Shown piece after piece: positions 63,476-64,000 of a stretch of 64,000 bases of DNA (the first letter of the stretch is position 1; the number at the start of each line of letters is the position of its first letter). This stretch comes from Acidobacteriota bacterium (GTDB taxonomy: Bacteria > Acidobacteriota > UBA890 > WLXD01). The DNA is taken from NCBI GenBank assembly GCA_965248695.1, contig CBDFKD010000002.1:352001-416000 (forward strand). The letters run 5' to 3'. The translations under genes were made by a program, and so were the position numbers. Below the pieces are notes generated by a model. It saw only the letters and a list, made by a program, of their open reading frames with translations. It was not told where the DNA came from and ran no database searches.

Positions 63476-64000
63476 CTACTTCCTGACCAGGAACATCTCG
63501 TGCACGCCCGGCTCGACTTCGGAGTGCTCGAGGGGTCGCACCACCGCGTCAACGAAGCCCACCTCGGCCAACAACGCCAGCCAATCATCGCGCCAGAAAA
63601 GGCCGCAGATTGCCCGATCGTGCTCGACGCGCACCGTTCCGTCAGCCGTCCGGAGCATGTAGGCCATGTCGTGCGTGTAGCTCGTATCGGTGGGATCGGG
63701 ATCGAAGGTCCACTCGAGATAGCGGAGCGCTCGTCCGTCGCCGTCGTGCCCGCCCTGATCCGTCGACGGCTGGAAGTTGTCGCGCAGGTGATCGGGACAT
63801 ACCAGCATCGCGCCGCCGGGCGCGCAGTGGATAAAGGCCGTCTCCAGGGCCGCCCGGAGGTCCTCCTTAGTCGACATGTAGTCGATGGCATCGTGGATGA
63901 ACACGGCATCGAACTGTCGACCCAGCCGCAGTGTGCGCATGTCGCCCTCGACGTGCTCACACTCCGGATTCAGCGCCCGACTCACCTCCAGCATCCCGGG
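63476..64000 (-). CDS. Class I SAM-dependent methyltransferase (5' end outside the window)
   Basis: GDMRTLRLGRQFDAVFIHDAIDYM, HCAPGG. Confidence 0.85.
   Translation of the reverse strand, partial: PGMLEVSRALNPECEHVEGDMRTLRLGRQFDAVFIHDAIDYMSTKEDLRAALETAFIHCAPGGAMLVCPDHLRDNFQPSTDQGGHDGDGRALRYLEWTFDPDPTDTSYTHDMAYMLRTADGTVRVEHDRAICGLFWRDDWLALLAEVGFVDAVVRPLEHSEVEPGVHEMFLVRK

Overview
GC-rich, gene-dense chromosomal window with no rRNA, tRNA, CRISPR array, transposase or prophage. The gene content (Ser/Thr kinase with PD40 repeats, PD40-amidohydrolase, VPS10-type hydrolase, MoxR/DUF4159 cluster) suggests Acidobacteriota or a similar diderm lineage; this is inference only. About 45 CDS are supported. 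Main blocks: (1) hydroxyproline epimerase plus a D-amino-acid dehydrogenase; (2) a six-gene operon in which an output-less phosphorelay is translationally coupled to a HEAT-repeat protein and a processive GT2 synthase, next to a membrane GGDEF-EAL protein; (3) an NHEJ locus with divergent ligD and ku plus an HTH-TPR gene; (4) a 15-kb nine-gene MoxR/VWA/DUF58/DUF4159/TPR-metallopeptidase operon of unknown function; (5) several normally cytoplasmic enzyme families carrying export signals (pyrophosphatase fused to a serine hydrolase, ureohydrolase, Tat-DUF1989 with an amidase-CHRD). Non-coding signals: a CTAG-ended MITE-like element with dispersed related motifs, a candidate pseudoknotted RNA at 12.43-12.54 kb, a 16-bp repeat array at 27.35 kb, a probable bidirectional promoter between ligD and ku, and a deletion or chimeric junction at about 50.73 kb. 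All family assignments come from motif recognition by eye; no searches were run.
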